DNA of 64,000 bases from an uncultured virus (IMG/VR IMGVR_UViG_3300044568_006268) (IMGVR_UViG_3300044568_006268:1-64000); one strand, 5' to 3'. Counted from the first letter of the stretch, positions 52,373-63,444 are shown. Numbers and translations: made by a program. Notes: a model not told the origin generated them from the letters alone.

Positions 52373-55354
52373 ATGCCAACAGCAAATTACCCTAATAATC
52401 AAGATTATCGTTTAAATAAGACTCGTCCTCTTACATGGAAAGAAATGGACGATATGTTCAGAAAACCAAATATTTGGATTGGAGATTTTAGTTACGTTCA
52501 AGGAATGGTCGTGATGTGGGATGATTCAGTTCCACCAGTTAATAATGGAGATGATGGAACTTTATCTTTTTGGTTATGTGATTCCGATCACGTATCTTCC
52601 AATACTAATACTCCAGGAATATTAAATAGTCCATGGAGAAGAATAGGTGGATTAAGTGTTCCAGGACCTACAGGAGAATCGGGTGGTCCTATAGGACCTA
52701 CTGGAATGACCGGTGCTACTGGTAGAACTGGAATGACAGGTGCAACAGGTTCTACTGGAATGACTGGTGCGGTTGGACAAACTGGTGCTACTGGACAAAC
52801 TGGAATGACTGGTGCTGTTGGACCTACCGGAGTTGGTTTACCCGGATCTAAAGGTGATACTGGAAATATTGGTGCTACAGGAATGACTGGGTTAGTAGGA
52901 CCAACTGGAGCAGGAGTAACTGGTGCTACTGGACAAACTGGACAAACTGGACCTACCGGTTTCAACGGACAAACTGGTCCTACAGGAATGACTGGTGCAG
53001 GAGAAACCGGTGCTACAGGAATGACAGGAATGACAGGTGCTACTGGAATGACAGGACCTATAGGACCTACTGGTGCAAATGGAATCCCGATGGGTAAACC
53101 ATCTGATGCATTAGATATGTATTACGATGATGATCCGTCTTCACAAGGTTGTAATCCTGGTGATCCGCTCAAACTATCGTTTGATGTAGTACGAACTGGA
53201 GTTACTTCACTTGCATATGTAGTAGATAATTCCGGTATTTCGACTGCAGGAGGTACAAAAATATTAATACAAAAAGAAGGAAATTATTTTATATCGGTAA
53301 ATGTTAATATAAAAATTCTAACTCCGGTCGACGGTAGAGCCGAAGTTTCTTTAAATTTATATTATGATGATACCTCTGGAAGCTATACTAAATTCGACGG
53401 ATTTCAAGGAAATGTTATATTAGATGCAGAAGGTTTAACTCCAACTGGAACATTAAAAGATTCTATTATGATTCAAGGAATTTTTAATGTAGATGCTAGT
53501 TGGATTTCTTCAAACAGAAAAATATATGCCGTATTAGAAAATGCTGCAGCAGGAATTTCTCTTTCATCCATCGTCGTATCACCTATTTCTACTTCATTAT
53601 CTATCATCTCGTTAGAAGGTGGAATTGGTGCTACTGGAGCAGGAGTTGCTGGACAAACTGGTGCTACTGGTATGACTGGATTAGTTGGACCAACTGGAGC
53701 AGGTCAAACTGGTGCTACTGGACAAACTGGTGCTACCGGAGAAACTGGAATGACAGGTGCTACTGGAATGACTGGTCCTACTGGTGCTGGACAAACTGGT
53801 GCTACCGGAATGACTGGTCCTACTGGTCTAGGGTACGATCTTACTTCTTCAATATCTGCTACTGCTGGATTAGGGGTAAAAGTTTTTACCGTAAATAAAG
53901 ATGCATCTCTTTCTGCATTTTCCATTGGAAACCGAGTAAGAGTAAGTTCATCTTTCGTAATTTGGATGGAGGGAGAGATAACATCATATGCAGGAAATAC
54001 CTTAATTGTGAATGTTGATAAAGTAGTTGGTAGTGGTGCTTCTGCGAGTAGTTGGGATATCGACATTGCTGGACTTCCTGGACCTACTGGAATGACTGGA
54101 ATGACTGGTGCTACTGGAAGAACTGGTAGTACAGGAATGACTGGTGCTACTGGAAGAACTGGTAGTACAGGAATGACTGGAGCTCAAGGTCCTATCGGAC
54201 CAGCAGGACCATTTGGTGCTACTGGTATGACTGGATTAGTTGGACCAACTGGATCAGGCACTACATTTATTCATGAAACTGCTACTTTCGTAGATCCTAA
54301 CGGTAGCAACAGTACTGGTGCAGTAGGAGATAAACAAAAACCATTTTTGACGATAGAAGAAGCAATAGGTCAAGCTCGTTCACGAGCAAACGAACAAGGC
54401 GGACCATTTACTATCATCGTATATCCGGGTATTTATGAGGAAAACAAGCAATGGAATTTTGAAAACGACGAAGGAACTATTAAATTTATCGGTCAAGTTT
54501 ATATAGAATTTGATAACCCAAACCCGGTAGATTATTTTATCAAAATGAGTAATTCGTATATTAATTTCGTTGGAGATGACCGAGGGACGAATAATTTCCA
54601 AATTGGCGGTACTTGTAATACTGGAACATATTTAACCATATCTAGTAAATTCGGTACTAATGTGTATTTATTCGATGTTCGAAATACTAAACTTAAACTA
54701 TCAAATATTACAATAGATACAGGATTTTTAGGAAAATTTGGAGTAGATTGGAAATACCCCGGTGGTGGTAGTAAAGTAGATATTGATAATTGTAGAATGA
54801 GATCTATTATACATCCTAATATCGAGGTTTCTGCCGACGGCGCAGTTGATGGTCTTTCTAGATTACCAGATATATTAATTAGAGATTCAATTCTAGCATC
54901 GGCTTTTGGACCTAATATTGGATATTATGCATTTACTAATGGTTTAGAATCTGAAGCTACTTTATTGATTGATAATAGCACAATCTATCAAGATCCTACC
55001 TATGGAGGTTTAGGTAAATTAACACCTGGATTTCCAACTCCAGTAGGAGGAAAATTACCTCACGTAGACAGTTTCATATATTCAACGATGAATCTGGATA
55101 ACCAATTAAGGTTGATATTTTCTGGGACGAAATTCCATATGAACAAATGGTCTCCACCAGCAGAAGGAAGTGGTGGACCTGAAGCTTGCGTACATTTTGA
55201 TAATTCTGGAAATGATTTCAAACATGACACGATGTCAACTTACACTAATACTCGAAATTTTTTAGGAGCCAGCATCTGGACTCATGTAGTTGACCATATA
55301 ACGGAGTTAAAAGGTAGTACGAAATCTCCAATTGAATATATGAACATACTTTAA
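52373..55354 (+). CDS. Collagen-like fibre protein B (paralog of A) with C-terminal beta-helix domain
   Basis: Shared [24 protein letters not shown]-terminus; G-x-T tracts; FVDPNG..G...[17 protein letters not shown] pectin-lyase-like start. Confidence 0.85.
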   Translation: MPTANYPNNQDYRLNKTRPLTWKEMDDMFRKPNIWIGDFSYVQGMVVMWDDSVPPVNNGDDGTLSFWLCDSDHVSSNTNTPGILNSPWRRIGGLSVPGPTGESGGPIGPTGMTGATGRTGMTGATGSTGMTGAVGQTGATGQTGMTGAVGPTGVGLPGSKGDTGNIGATGMTGLVGPTGAGVTGATGQTGQTGPTGFNGQTGPTGMTGAGETGATGMTGMTGATGMTGPIGPTGANGIPMGKPSDALDMYYDDDPSSQGCNPGDPLKLSFDVVRTGVTSLAYVVDNSGISTAGGTKILIQKEGNYFISVNVNIKILTPVDGRAEVSLNLYYDDTSGSYTKFDGFQGNVILDAEGLTPTGTLKDSIMIQGIFNVDASWISSNRKIYAVLENAAAGISLSSIVVSPISTSLSIISLEGGIGATGAGVAGQTGATGMTGLVGPTGAGQTGATGQTGATGETGMTGATGMTGPTGAGQTGATGMTGPTGLGYDLTSSISATAGLGVKVFTVNKDASLSAFSIGNRVRVSSSFVIWMEGEITSYAGNTLIVNVDKVVGSGASASSWDIDIAGLPGPTGMTGMTGATGRTGSTGMTGATGRTGSTGMTGAQGPIGPAGPFGATGMTGLVGPTGSGTTFIHETATFVDPNGSNSTGAVGDKQKPFLTIEEAIGQARSRANEQGGPFTIIVYPGIYEENKQWNFENDEGTIKFIGQVYIEFDNPNPVDYFIKMSNSYINFVGDDRGTNNFQIGGTCNTGTYLTISSKFGTNVYLFDVRNTKLKLSNITIDTGFLGKFGVDWKYPGGGSKVDIDNCRMRSIIHPNIEVSADGAVDGLSRLPDILIRDSILASAFGPNIGYYAFTNGLESEATLLIDNSTIYQDPTYGGLGKLTPGFPTPVGGKLPHVDSFIYSTMNLDNQLRLIFSGTKFHMNKWSPPAEGSGGPEACVHFDNSGNDFKHDTMSTYTNTRNFLGASIWTHVVDHITELKGSTKSPIEYMNIL

Positions 55355-55824
55355 CCTCTTCGTTTATTATTTCTCTTAATTAAATGGGCATACGACCAAA
55401 TACCTTCATTGGTAAAATTAGTTGGTGCCCATTTGTTCATATCTAATGAAATCCACTCTTCGGTGCCGTCTTTGTTATTTGCAATATACATATGGATTTC
55501 GTCAACTAAAGACTCGAATTGTTTAAATAGAGAGGTGCCACCTAAAACATAAATTGGTCCTTCTGTGTGCAAGTGTAAATCATCCGTATCATGAATTACG
55601 TTTACATTCATTCGCTTCCATTTTCTATTTCTGGTAATCACCCACGTATTACCACCTTTCCATTTAGTAATATCATAGGTTTTTCTTCCAATCAAACATA
55701 CCTCTTTCTTGAGTAAATCTCTAATCAAACATTCATGATGCCAAATCCTTAATCCAAGGTCTGGTACAGTATTTGATTGGTTATCTACTATTGCAACAAA
55801 TATGATTTTTTGATTGTGTAGCAT
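55351..55824 (-). CDS. Dihydrofolate reductase-like protein (divergent)
   Basis: [21 protein letters not shown] motifs. Confidence 0.75.
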   Translation of the reverse strand: MLHNQKIIFVAIVDNQSNTVPDLGLRIWHHECLIRDLLKKEVCLIGRKTYDITKWKGGNTWVITRNRKWKRMNVNVIHDTDDLHLHTEGPIYVLGGTSLFKQFESLVDEIHMYIANNKDGTEEWISLDMNKWAPTNFTNEGIWSYAHLIKRNNKRRG

Positions 55825-56120
55825 TATTTAATCCATTCTAAATATCCAAAACGTAAAGCCATTGCCGGTGAAAGTGAAGAATTTTCTTGCATAGCTTTTA
55901 GAGCAAAAATAACAACTTCTACTTCTAATTCGTTTCCTATAGCTTCAGTTAACATTGTGCTAATCCACTTCATTTCGTCGTCAAGATCTTCTTCGTAATT
56001 GAATACTGAAAATCCTTCTTCTCTTAACTCATCTTCATCTAACGCATAAATATTGGTAGCCCAAATTAGCTCTCCGTTAGAAGGAGCTTCAAATCTTGCA
56101 GGTATTCTTTTATCGTTCAT
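55824..56120 (-). CDS. Hypothetical protein
   Basis: 98 aa ORF. Confidence 0.6.
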   Translation of the reverse strand: MNDKRIPARFEAPSNGELIWATNIYALDEDELREEGFSVFNYEEDLDDEMKWISTMLTEAIGNELEVEVVIFALKAMQENSSLSPAMALRFGYLEWIK

Positions 56121-56496
56121 CGTAGTGTCTTTTGAATTGTTGAATTAAGAATGGATTAGCCCATTCTTTAAAATCTGGTTTTGTTTCAATTGCAGTAATT
56201 TCTGATAATGAATTTTCATCACCTACTAAAACTAGAGTTTGCCTCATTGAGGTTCCATCTTCCATTATTTTAATAGCCTTATTTGCATCATCCCATCCTC
56301 GTTGAAAGACTCCATCTAACGTACCAATAGCCTTATTAGGTTCATACATTAAATTAGTTAGAGTAGCATTCAAAGTATCAGAGACTGCCTGTTGTCGCAT
56401 TTTGTCGACCTCTTCTTGCGGTACAACATAATCGGTTTTCTCATACCAATAGATTATACCTACTGCTCCTTCTTGGATTTCGTATAATGGATTCAT
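56110..56496 (-). CDS. Hypothetical protein
   Basis: 128 aa ORF. Confidence 0.6.
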   Translation of the reverse strand: MNPLYEIQEGAVGIIYWYEKTDYVVPQEEVDKMRQQAVSDTLNATLTNLMYEPNKAIGTLDGVFQRGWDDANKAIKIMEDGTSMRQTLVLVGDENSLSEITAIETKPDFKEWANPFLIQQFKRHYDER

Positions 56497-56503
56497 GAGT
56501 GTT

Positions 56504-57463
56504 CTATGATAGTATCAATTCAAAAGTTTCAACATAATCTGAAGGTTTTACACCTTCGTTCATGTAAGAAATAATTGATTTTTCTTTAAGTTTAGCTTCG
56601 ACCATAATCCAAGCACCAGTACCCCAATCGGTAATTTCTTCGTAAATCCAATCGGCATGAGCCCTTGCCATTTTTTCAGGTTGTTCGTGATTTATCGTAG
56701 ATGAAAAGTGAAAACCTGCTGGTATATTACCCCATGTTGATGCAGCAAGTTTAGCGGCTTCTTCATGAGTTAAATTACCACTACAAAATTTATGGTGATG
56801 TGAATCGAAAGTAATTGGAATTTTGATATCGGCATAGAGTAAGTCGTACAAATCTTTAACCGAATATTGAGAAGCTTTGTCGTCGTTTTCAATAACCAAA
56901 CGAGCTTTAGTAGTAGGATGTAGCTTTTTGAAGTTTTCAATAAATCGTTTAGCACATTCTTCTTTACCGCCTTGTGTAGTATTTAAGTGAATGTTGATTT
57001 GATTCCAATGAGAAGGTTCAAGACCCATAGCATCGAAAATTTGAGAGTGCTGATCTAATTCCTTGATGGTTTTCTTAACTACAAATTTACTTTGTGAGCC
57101 AAGAACATTGAAAGGTCCTGGATGGAATTCTAGACGTTGGCCATATCGAGTAGCTAATGTACCAGCTAATTGAAGATTCTTTTCGATCATTGACCAATCT
57201 GGTAAATCTTGCAATTCATATTCGGACATCCATGGAAACATATTAGAAGAGATACGAAAGAACTTTATTCCTTTACGTTCATTCCATTGTATGATTTTTA
57301 CAAGGTCTTTAACATTTTGCAGGGCTAAAGATGAGACTACTGCATTTGTTTCTCGTTGAGCTTCGAAAGTTTTCTTAATCATACTTCGATTAGTAAAAAT
57401 TCCTTCGCTTTCTTGTAATTCTAGGTTGATGCAGCAATAGCCGATTCTTTCGTGTATATTCAT
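56504..57463 (-). CDS. uvsE: UV damage endonuclease UvdE/UvsE
   Basis: RIGYCCIN, FFRISS, HPGPFNVL, ENDD, FDSHHH, AHAD, MVEAKLKE. Confidence 0.93.
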   Translation of the reverse strand: MNIHERIGYCCINLELQESEGIFTNRSMIKKTFEAQRETNAVVSSLALQNVKDLVKIIQWNERKGIKFFRISSNMFPWMSEYELQDLPDWSMIEKNLQLAGTLATRYGQRLEFHPGPFNVLGSQSKFVVKKTIKELDQHSQIFDAMGLEPSHWNQINIHLNTTQGGKEECAKRFIENFKKLHPTTKARLVIENDDKASQYSVKDLYDLLYADIKIPITFDSHHHKFCSGNLTHEEAAKLAASTWGNIPAGFHFSSTINHEQPEKMARAHADWIYEEITDWGTGAWIMVEAKLKEKSIISYMNEGVKPSDYVETFELILS

Positions 57464-57480
57464 AGTATATTTTTATAAGA

Positions 57481-57536
57481 CAAATATAACAAAAAACCTC
57501 GATAAAAGAAAATATCGAGGTGAAAGTTGTTAACAA
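57481..57536 (-). promoter_or_regulatory. Terminator hairpin + promoter unit upstream of uvsE
   Basis: CCTCGATA...TATCGAGG hairpin; TATATTTG; GTTGTTAAC variant. Confidence 0.75.
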
Positions 57537-58619
57537 TTATTTAGAACCAAATCCGATAGTTTTTCTATCGACTTGCATTTCTGAATAAACCTCTTCTTGA
57601 TTATATACTTCTGATACGGTCATTGGTTTATCGATTGTAGTGTTTTTACCTAAATGGTCAGATAACTTTTGAGCAGCTTTTTGGTCTAGCTTTTTAAATT
57701 CATGTTTTAAGATTAGACGACCTTTACGCAATAGAGCTTCATCGATAGTAGTAATGTCACTGTTGAACGTACAGATAATTTGAGTACCTAAGAAGTCTGA
57801 TATAATTCCATCTGATAGATTTAGCAGTTTATCTACAGTTGCACCACCTTGTTTACGAGATTTAATAGCTTCTTCTGCATCTTCGATAATCAAAACTGAA
57901 TTTGGGAAATCTGCCATTAGTGGTAAAAATCCAGGATCAGTTAATGAATTGATTAGTTGATTAGGTAGATAAATCATCGTTCTCGTTTCAGCTAACAAGG
58001 AAATCAGATATCGAATGTACATAGATTTTCCTGTTCCAGGGAGTCCATGTAAAAGAGCAATTCCTTTTTTGTTTTCTCGAGAAAGAGATTCCATTAAGTA
58101 ATCATGTTTAGTAGCCCATTCTTCACCATAATTCATTTCGATATCTAATTCGGGAATGTTGATGTCAAACGATCTTAAATCTAAGCCACCATCATCTTGA
58201 ATCACCATATACACTTTAGTTTTATCTACTTTGTATACTTGCATTTTCATTATATCTTTAATGAATTTTTGTGCAAGTTCTGCTTTATCAAGCGACCAGT
58301 AAAATTCAACTTCTAAGGTATATTCTTTCTTAGTTTCTAAATTGTATTTCACGTAAACAACTAAGTCCTTATCGCCGGTCTTTAATTTACCTCTAACATT
58401 TTTAGGAGCCATTAACTCTTTTTTGTTTTTGAATTTGTAATTGGCTGAAAAAACTTCAAAGTTTTCGTTGAACCATTTATCCCATTTACGTTTTGGGATT
58501 ACGATTCCATTTTCACTCCATTCGCTAGGACAAACATCATTATGCATCCACCAAAAGATGTCTTGATGATTGTAAGCTTGCGTAGTTTCTAGAGTTTTAA
58601 TGTGTTCAGATGGATTCAT
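57537..58619 (-). CDS. AAA+ ATPase (BCS1-like)
   Basis: GLPGTGKS, IIEDAE, LLNLSDG, DEALLRKGR; likely ATG at 58619. Confidence 0.88.
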   Translation of the reverse strand: MNPSEHIKTLETTQAYNHQDIFWWMHNDVCPSEWSENGIVIPKRKWDKWFNENFEVFSANYKFKNKKELMAPKNVRGKLKTGDKDLVVYVKYNLETKKEYTLEVEFYWSLDKAELAQKFIKDIMKMQVYKVDKTKVYMVIQDDGGLDLRSFDINIPELDIEMNYGEEWATKHDYLMESLSRENKKGIALLHGLPGTGKSMYIRYLISLLAETRTMIYLPNQLINSLTDPGFLPLMADFPNSVLIIEDAEEAIKSRKQGGATVDKLLNLSDGIISDFLGTQIICTFNSDITTIDEALLRKGRLILKHEFKKLDQKAAQKLSDHLGKNTTIDKPMTVSEVYNQEEVYSEMQVDRKTIGFGSK

Positions 58620-58644
58620 ATTTTCTTTTCTTTTTATATGCAAC

Positions 58645-58666
58645 AAAAGAGGGCAAAAGCCCTCTT
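58645..58666 (-). terminator. Intrinsic terminator
   Basis: AAGAGGGC-TTTT-GCCCTCTT + T run. Confidence 0.75.
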
Positions 58667-58687
58667 AATTGTATGGTTGTTAAAAAC

Positions 58688-59032
58688 TTATTTTGATAGG
58701 TCTCGTGTAGCTTTACCTAATTCCATATCGTTAGGAATTGAATTAACAAAATGATTAAACGAAACATGATATGGATCGATGTTATATTTTTCTTCGATAG
58801 CTTGGCTTCGTAGTAGTTCATGAGTAAATTCAGTAGAATCTCCGAATTCAACAATTACATGAAATTGGTCTTCCCATCCTGAATGGAAAATTGCTATACT
58901 AATAGGTTCGCCTTCTACCCATCCGATTTTAGCAAATCCAGTCTTTGTAGTAAATTCTGCTGGTTTATCATTTGGCAATAAGAATCTTTTACCTATAATT
59001 CTTTGCATTAATCTGTCGTCTATTTGTCTCAT
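58688..59032 (-). CDS. Hypothetical protein
   Basis: 114 aa, C-terminal PNDMELG motif. Confidence 0.6.
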   Translation of the reverse strand: MRQIDDRLMQRIIGKRFLLPNDKPAEFTTKTGFAKIGWVEGEPISIAIFHSGWEDQFHVIVEFGDSTEFTHELLRSQAIEEKYNIDPYHVSFNHFVNSIPNDMELGKATRDLSK

Positions 59033-59033
59033 A

Positions 59034-59810
59034 TTAAGAATCTTTTTTCATACTTGATAATTTTGAATAAATTCTTTGTGCAATCATTTTTGTATCAGAA
59101 GGCATTTCTGCTTTCTCATATATCCATCTTAAATATTCCTGATCTTCGGCAAATATAGCTTGAACTGTTTTGCCTGAATGTTTACCAAAAGTCAAAGTAA
59201 CTTCACCAGCTTCATTCTTTGCAAACTTACCAGAAAGGTCGAGTTTTTTGTCTAGTCCAGTAGTTTCATTATGAAGGTGGTCGAATTCAGTTTCATCAAA
59301 CCACATTTCCATTTGTTTGAAAAATATGCCAGCAGTTGCAGTTACATCAGCTTCTGCACTATGTGCATTTTGCAAATCAATTCCTAAGAAACGATTAACT
59401 GCGCCTTTAAGGTTACGGGTTTCATATTGAGTCCAGATTCTATATGAATCTAAAATTCTGCGCTTTCTATAATCAAAAAGCTTTTTAGCTCTCAAAAATT
59501 CCTCGAATATTAAAGGAATATCATAATGCAAAATGTTATAGCCACCTAAATCAGAATCACCTAAAAATTCTAAAATCGAATCGGCAATATCTGCAAATGT
59601 AGGAGAGTCCTTAACATCTTCGTTTGTAATTCCATGAACAGCCGAAACTTCTTCTGAAATATTAATGGTTGGATTTACTAAAGAATAGAATTTGTCAGTA
59701 GTTCCATCTGGATTGTACTTAATAATACAAATCTCGACGATTCGATCTTTTGTTGTGCTCAATCCTGTGGTTTCCACATCAAAGAACGATATTGGCTTTT
59801 GTAATGTCAT
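59034..59810 (-). CDS. DEDDh 3'-5' exonuclease (DnaQ/epsilon-like)
   Basis: FDVETTG, GYNI..YD, AHSAEAD; FGKH C-terminal domain. Confidence 0.92.
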   Translation of the reverse strand: MTLQKPISFFDVETTGLSTTKDRIVEICIIKYNPDGTTDKFYSLVNPTINISEEVSAVHGITNEDVKDSPTFADIADSILEFLGDSDLGGYNILHYDIPLIFEEFLRAKKLFDYRKRRILDSYRIWTQYETRNLKGAVNRFLGIDLQNAHSAEADVTATAGIFFKQMEMWFDETEFDHLHNETTGLDKKLDLSGKFAKNEAGEVTLTFGKHSGKTVQAIFAEDQEYLRWIYEKAEMPSDTKMIAQRIYSKLSSMKKDS

Positions 59811-59812
59811 AG

Positions 59813-60019
59813 TTATATTTCTCCTTTAATTATTTTCCATCTTATATTTCTTTGCTCTTCTTCAGTAGCAAACTCTAGCAATTCTAGTGTATTATCTGAC
59901 CATTCATCTTCAAATGTATAAACATCTGGATCGATCATCCACGAAATAAACGTTTCAAAATCTTGCTTTGCCTTTTCTCGAATATTTTCTTCGTTTAAAA
60001 CTCTAATAGTTATCGGCAT
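59813..60019 (-). CDS. Hypothetical protein
   Basis: 68 aa ORF. Confidence 0.5.
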   Translation of the reverse strand: MPITIRVLNEENIREKAKQDFETFISWMIDPDVYTFEDEWSDNTLELLEFATEEEQRNIRWKIIKGEI

Positions 60020-60020
60020 C

Positions 60021-60665
60021 TTATTTTGCTTTATGGTGGTCTAATATTGTCATTGGCTCGTTTCTTTCATTTAGGATTTGCATAATCTCTTCGATATGAT
60101 ATGGCCTAAATTCAGGAGAACCACATATACCTACATCCATTCGTTTACCACCTCCGAAACGATTATCTCCTTTAAGGTGTTGATGTCCATGTAACATATA
60201 AGCACCATAGTGCATTTTGTTCCAACTAATAATTGGATAGTGACATAAAGTAAAGTTAGAAACTTCAGATGCAGCATTTGTGATTTTTAATTCTTCATAA
60301 TGCGCAACATGAGAAAATAACTTTCGATACTCACCACCTAATTTATCTCGTTGGATATGATGATCGTGATTTCCTAAAATAAGAACAATGTTATGACAGT
60401 TAATTTTCTTACGAAGTTCTTTAACTTCAGCTTCACCACCAAAAGACCAATCACCTAAATGAATCAACCAATCTTTAGCACCTACATTATCGTTGATGTT
60501 TTTAATCATTGCCTCATTCATTTCTGTAGTAGTATCAAAGTCTCTAACGCTATCAATAGGAACATTACCATCGAAATCTCGCCAGTTAGTTTCACCTCTA
60601 ACAATATTAGAATGTGAGAAGTGAGTATCTGCAGTTATCCAGATATTTTTAGCCGTTAGTTTCAT
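60021..60665 (-). CDS. Calcineurin-like metallophosphoesterase
   Basis: DTH, LGD, GNHD, HGHQH. Confidence 0.92.
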   Translation of the reverse strand: MKLTAKNIWITADTHFSHSNIVRGETNWRDFDGNVPIDSVRDFDTTTEMNEAMIKNINDNVGAKDWLIHLGDWSFGGEAEVKELRKKINCHNIVLILGNHDHHIQRDKLGGEYRKLFSHVAHYEELKITNAASEVSNFTLCHYPIISWNKMHYGAYMLHGHQHLKGDNRFGGGKRMDVGICGSPEFRPYHIEEIMQILNERNEPMTILDHHKAK

Positions 60666-61248
60666 TTAAGTATTTTAGTATTTGTTCTTTGATTCCTAAT
60701 TGTTTTATGCCTTCGGTAGATTTTGGTGTGAGTACAAAATTCGATAAACCCCAAACTCTGGTAAAATTAACAGACCACCTCATAACTTCGATTGCCATAT
60801 CTAAATCATCAACAGCTACCCAATGAGTTACTTCAGGATGGTCTTTCAAGTATTGCATAATTTCTAAAGAACGTTCTTGCTCGTATTGTTGATGACGATC
60901 CCATTCAAATCCTTCAGGCTTTTCACAACCTATAAATGAAGGTGTAAATGCAATAGGTGCTTTTGAAATTCCTTGTGCCAAGTAATATGAACTCAATTCT
61001 TCTAGATTTGCATGTTTCTTCCAATCTGAAGAAACTACAATTTCAGCACCGGTTTCAGCTAATATTTGATTTAATACCTTTACCGCTTTTTTATCAAAAT
61101 CGTCAAAACGATATTCAATAGGAGCAGTCTTATACATTCGATCCCATTCAGGATTTGACTTAAGGTATTTTTTCATTTTATTAGCTCTGCCACCCCAATT
61201 GTTGGAAAGACAAATTACACCGTCGTTATCTAAAAATATTACTTTCAT
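60649..61248 (-). CDS. HAD domain protein (Swiss-army-knife RNA repair-like)
   Basis: FLDNDGV, VVSSDW, VAVDD; likely ATG at 61248. Confidence 0.85.
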   Translation of the reverse strand: MKVIFLDNDGVICLSNNWGGRANKMKKYLKSNPEWDRMYKTAPIEYRFDDFDKKAVKVLNQILAETGAEIVVSSDWKKHANLEELSSYYLAQGISKAPIAFTPSFIGCEKPEGFEWDRHQQYEQERSLEIMQYLKDHPEVTHWVAVDDLDMAIEVMRWSVNFTRVWGLSNFVLTPKSTEGIKQLGIKEQILKYLNETNG

Positions 61249-61273
61249 AATAGTTATATGCAATTATTTCTAT

Positions 61274-61603
61274 TTAGTATAAATCCTCTGAATAGAGGGT
61301 AGTTTTTAATTCTTTGGTTTGTTTAGCTGCAAAAGCGATTTCTCCACCTTCTTTTCGATTAACAAATCTATTTTTACTCGTTAGGAATCCTTGTTCATTT
61401 TCTCCAATACCATCTTCGGCATGAGTAACGGCTCGTAATCCAGTCAAACAACCGATAGTCCAAATGCATTGTCCATGTCGATGTCCAGTTACAACAATTC
61501 CTCGGTCACAATTTATAGGCAGAACTTGAGGGATGTCTTTCTTTAATGGAATTTCCTTACACCAAATTGCTGCACATAAAATGTATTCTGGATTATCGTA
61601 CAT
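61274..61603 (-). CDS. Hypothetical protein
   Basis: GHRH, QGFLTSKNRFVNR, LYSEDLY phage family motifs. Confidence 0.7.
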   Translation of the reverse strand: MYDNPEYILCAAIWCKEIPLKKDIPQVLPINCDRGIVVTGHRHGQCIWTIGCLTGLRAVTHAEDGIGENEQGFLTSKNRFVNRKEGGEIAFAAKQTKELKTTLYSEDLY

Positions 61604-61779
61604 TAGACCTTTACTATTTTTTCAACAATAGTTGCTCTTATTGGATAGCAACAAATTCGATCACCTTCTTTATTATAGAAGACATATGCTCCATTGTCGA
61701 TAACCATTCGTTGGGCTTCAACCGATTCAGTATACATACTGTTATTTCCGGGTAAAATTCTTAAGCGATAAACTTCCAT
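61603..61779 (-). CDS. 58-aa hypothetical protein
   Basis: MEVYRLRILPG...; fills the gap, TAATG-coupled. Confidence 0.55.
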   Translation of the reverse strand: MEVYRLRILPGNNSMYTESVEAQRMVIDNGAYVFYNKEGDRICCYPIRATIVEKIVKV

Positions 61780-61780
61780 A

Positions 61781-62269
61781 TTATTTTCTGTTTAAAATTC
61801 TAATTGCTTTGTTTGTGCATTCATTTGTTAGGCCATAACCTATGTCGATACAATCTGGATGATTGATGTTATTTGAACAACAAACAAAATTACCTAATTG
61901 ACTATCTAACATATCTTCGTCATCATCTAAAATAACATAATTGGTGATTTGATAATATTGGTCTAAGATTGCTTGGATCTCATCACCTCGTTGTAACTTT
62001 TCACGGAATTCCTCATCTTTTACGTTTCTCCAAAGATCTGGTGTAACTCCGATAAGTTCACCAGCTAATCCTCTCTTTTCCCACATTGCTTGCATTTTAG
62101 CAAGTCCAGCATGTCTCCATGAAGAACTCATTACAATCTTAGCTCCAGTTTCATCTACAATTCGTTTTAGATTGTCCATGAAATGTTGATGGAATATTTG
62201 ACCAAACTCATCGTGACCTTGTCCTATCACGTTAAGCACTCCGTCGATATCAAGAAATATTACTTTCAT
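61781..62269 (-). CDS. HAD domain protein (Swiss-army-knife RNA repair-like)
   Basis: FLDIDGVLN, MSSSWR, RGDEI, ILDD. Confidence 0.87.
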   Translation of the reverse strand: MKVIFLDIDGVLNVIGQGHDEFGQIFHQHFMDNLKRIVDETGAKIVMSSSWRHAGLAKMQAMWEKRGLAGELIGVTPDLWRNVKDEEFREKLQRGDEIQAILDQYYQITNYVILDDDEDMLDSQLGNFVCCSNNINHPDCIDIGYGLTNECTNKAIRILNRK

Positions 62270-62535
62270 AACTTAAAGTATTTGCCTACTTTATCTAGCA
62301 TTACCATATCTCGATTATCTTTAAAGGGCAGATCATCAATATCTTCGTATAAGTTTTGAACAAATACGTCTGCTTTATTTTTTGCAATGTAATTATTAAG
62401 TTCCTTACGTTTTAAAGCAATTACAATTTCTTTAAGTTCGTCGACAGATAAGCCATCCAAATCACCAGATCCATCACTATAAACTTTGATTTCTCGAGCA
62501 AGTGTAATAATAAAATTTGGTGATGATTTAACCAT
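62266..62535 (-). CDS. Hypothetical protein
   Basis: 89 aa ORF. Confidence 0.55.
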   Translation of the reverse strand: MVKSSPNFIITLAREIKVYSDGSGDLDGLSVDELKEIVIALKRKELNNYIAKNKADVFVQNLYEDIDDLPFKDNRDMVMLDKVGKYFKL

Positions 62536-62707
62536 TTGATTTGTTCATTACGATTCCTAATTTATTCATATCAGCAAGATTTCCTTTAACATACTTTTTA
62601 TTCCATTCTCCGTATGATAGGTTATAATTAATTTCCACCCAAAGATTAAAACCGCCAAACCATCTGCGAGTCCAAAAGTATTTTCCTGTTAGTCTTTTTT
62701 CGTTCAT
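62528..62707 (-). CDS. 59-aa hypothetical protein
   Basis: MNEKRLTGKYFW...; fills the gap with ATGA overlap. Confidence 0.5.
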   Translation of the reverse strand: MNEKRLTGKYFWTRRWFGGFNLWVEINYNLSYGEWNKKYVKGNLADMNKLGIVMNKSNG

Positions 62708-63000
62708 ATTAATTGGCCGTTTTCAATTTCTTCGGATCTCTTCAATAAACTAACTTCCTTTCTAATTTCACGTCTCCACCATTCCTTTGTAAGCTTAGGA
62801 TTATGAATGTCCTTATAAATAGTAAATGCTACTTTAGGTTTTGCAATTTCTATTTCTTCACCCCATAAAATCCATTTCTTACGTTTAGTAATTTCCATAC
62901 CATCGTAAAACTCGGTATATTCATAACTGTCGCATTCATTAGCTTCGCATTGAACGGCATATTGAAATTTTCTACCGTCGATTTCTATTTCTTTTAACAT
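62704..63000 (-). CDS. Hypothetical protein
   Basis: 98 aa ORF. Confidence 0.55.
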   Translation of the reverse strand: MLKEIEIDGRKFQYAVQCEANECDSYEYTEFYDGMEITKRKKWILWGEEIEIAKPKVAFTIYKDIHNPKLTKEWWRREIRKEVSLLKRSEEIENGQLI

Positions 63001-63191
63001 TATTCATTAGATATTAAGGCACCTAGCCAAGTTAATTCAAGTCCAACAACAAGTATTCTTCCACCGATAGAGTCAAATAACCACCAATGCATAGGATTAA
63101 AGTCCATAGCAACGAAAGAACCTACTACATAACATGATATATGCAATAGAATATAAAGCGCGAGTTTAAATAGATTTCTCTTCATTATCAA
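63000..63191 (-). CDS. Small membrane protein
   Basis: Two hydrophobic helices. Confidence 0.5.
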   Translation of the reverse strand: MIMKRNLFKLALYILLHISCYVVGSFVAMDFNPMHWWLFDSIGGRILVVGLELTWLGALISNE

Positions 63192-63411
63192 GTATTTGAT
63201 TTTGGGTAGTATTAACTGATGCCGGAAATAACATTCGAGTAAGTAACATCATTAAGAACATATCGTTATACGATACGAAAGGTCCATCAAAAATTCTTGG
63301 TACAGTAAGATTCCAAAGAATCATGGTTGGAAATGCAAATACGGCAATTACAATAGCAGCAAGAATAAAATACTGAAAAGTTGCACTTATTCCGAGTAAG
63401 ATTGTCTTCAT
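63166..63411 (-). CDS. Small membrane protein
   Basis: Hydrophobic, LWN..P..F motif. Confidence 0.6.
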   Translation of the reverse strand: MKTILLGISATFQYFILAAIVIAVFAFPTMILWNLTVPRIFDGPFVSYNDMFLMMLLTRMLFPASVNTTQNQILDNEEKSI

Positions 63412-63444
63412 AATAAATAGTTTATTGTTATATGTTTGAAAGAG

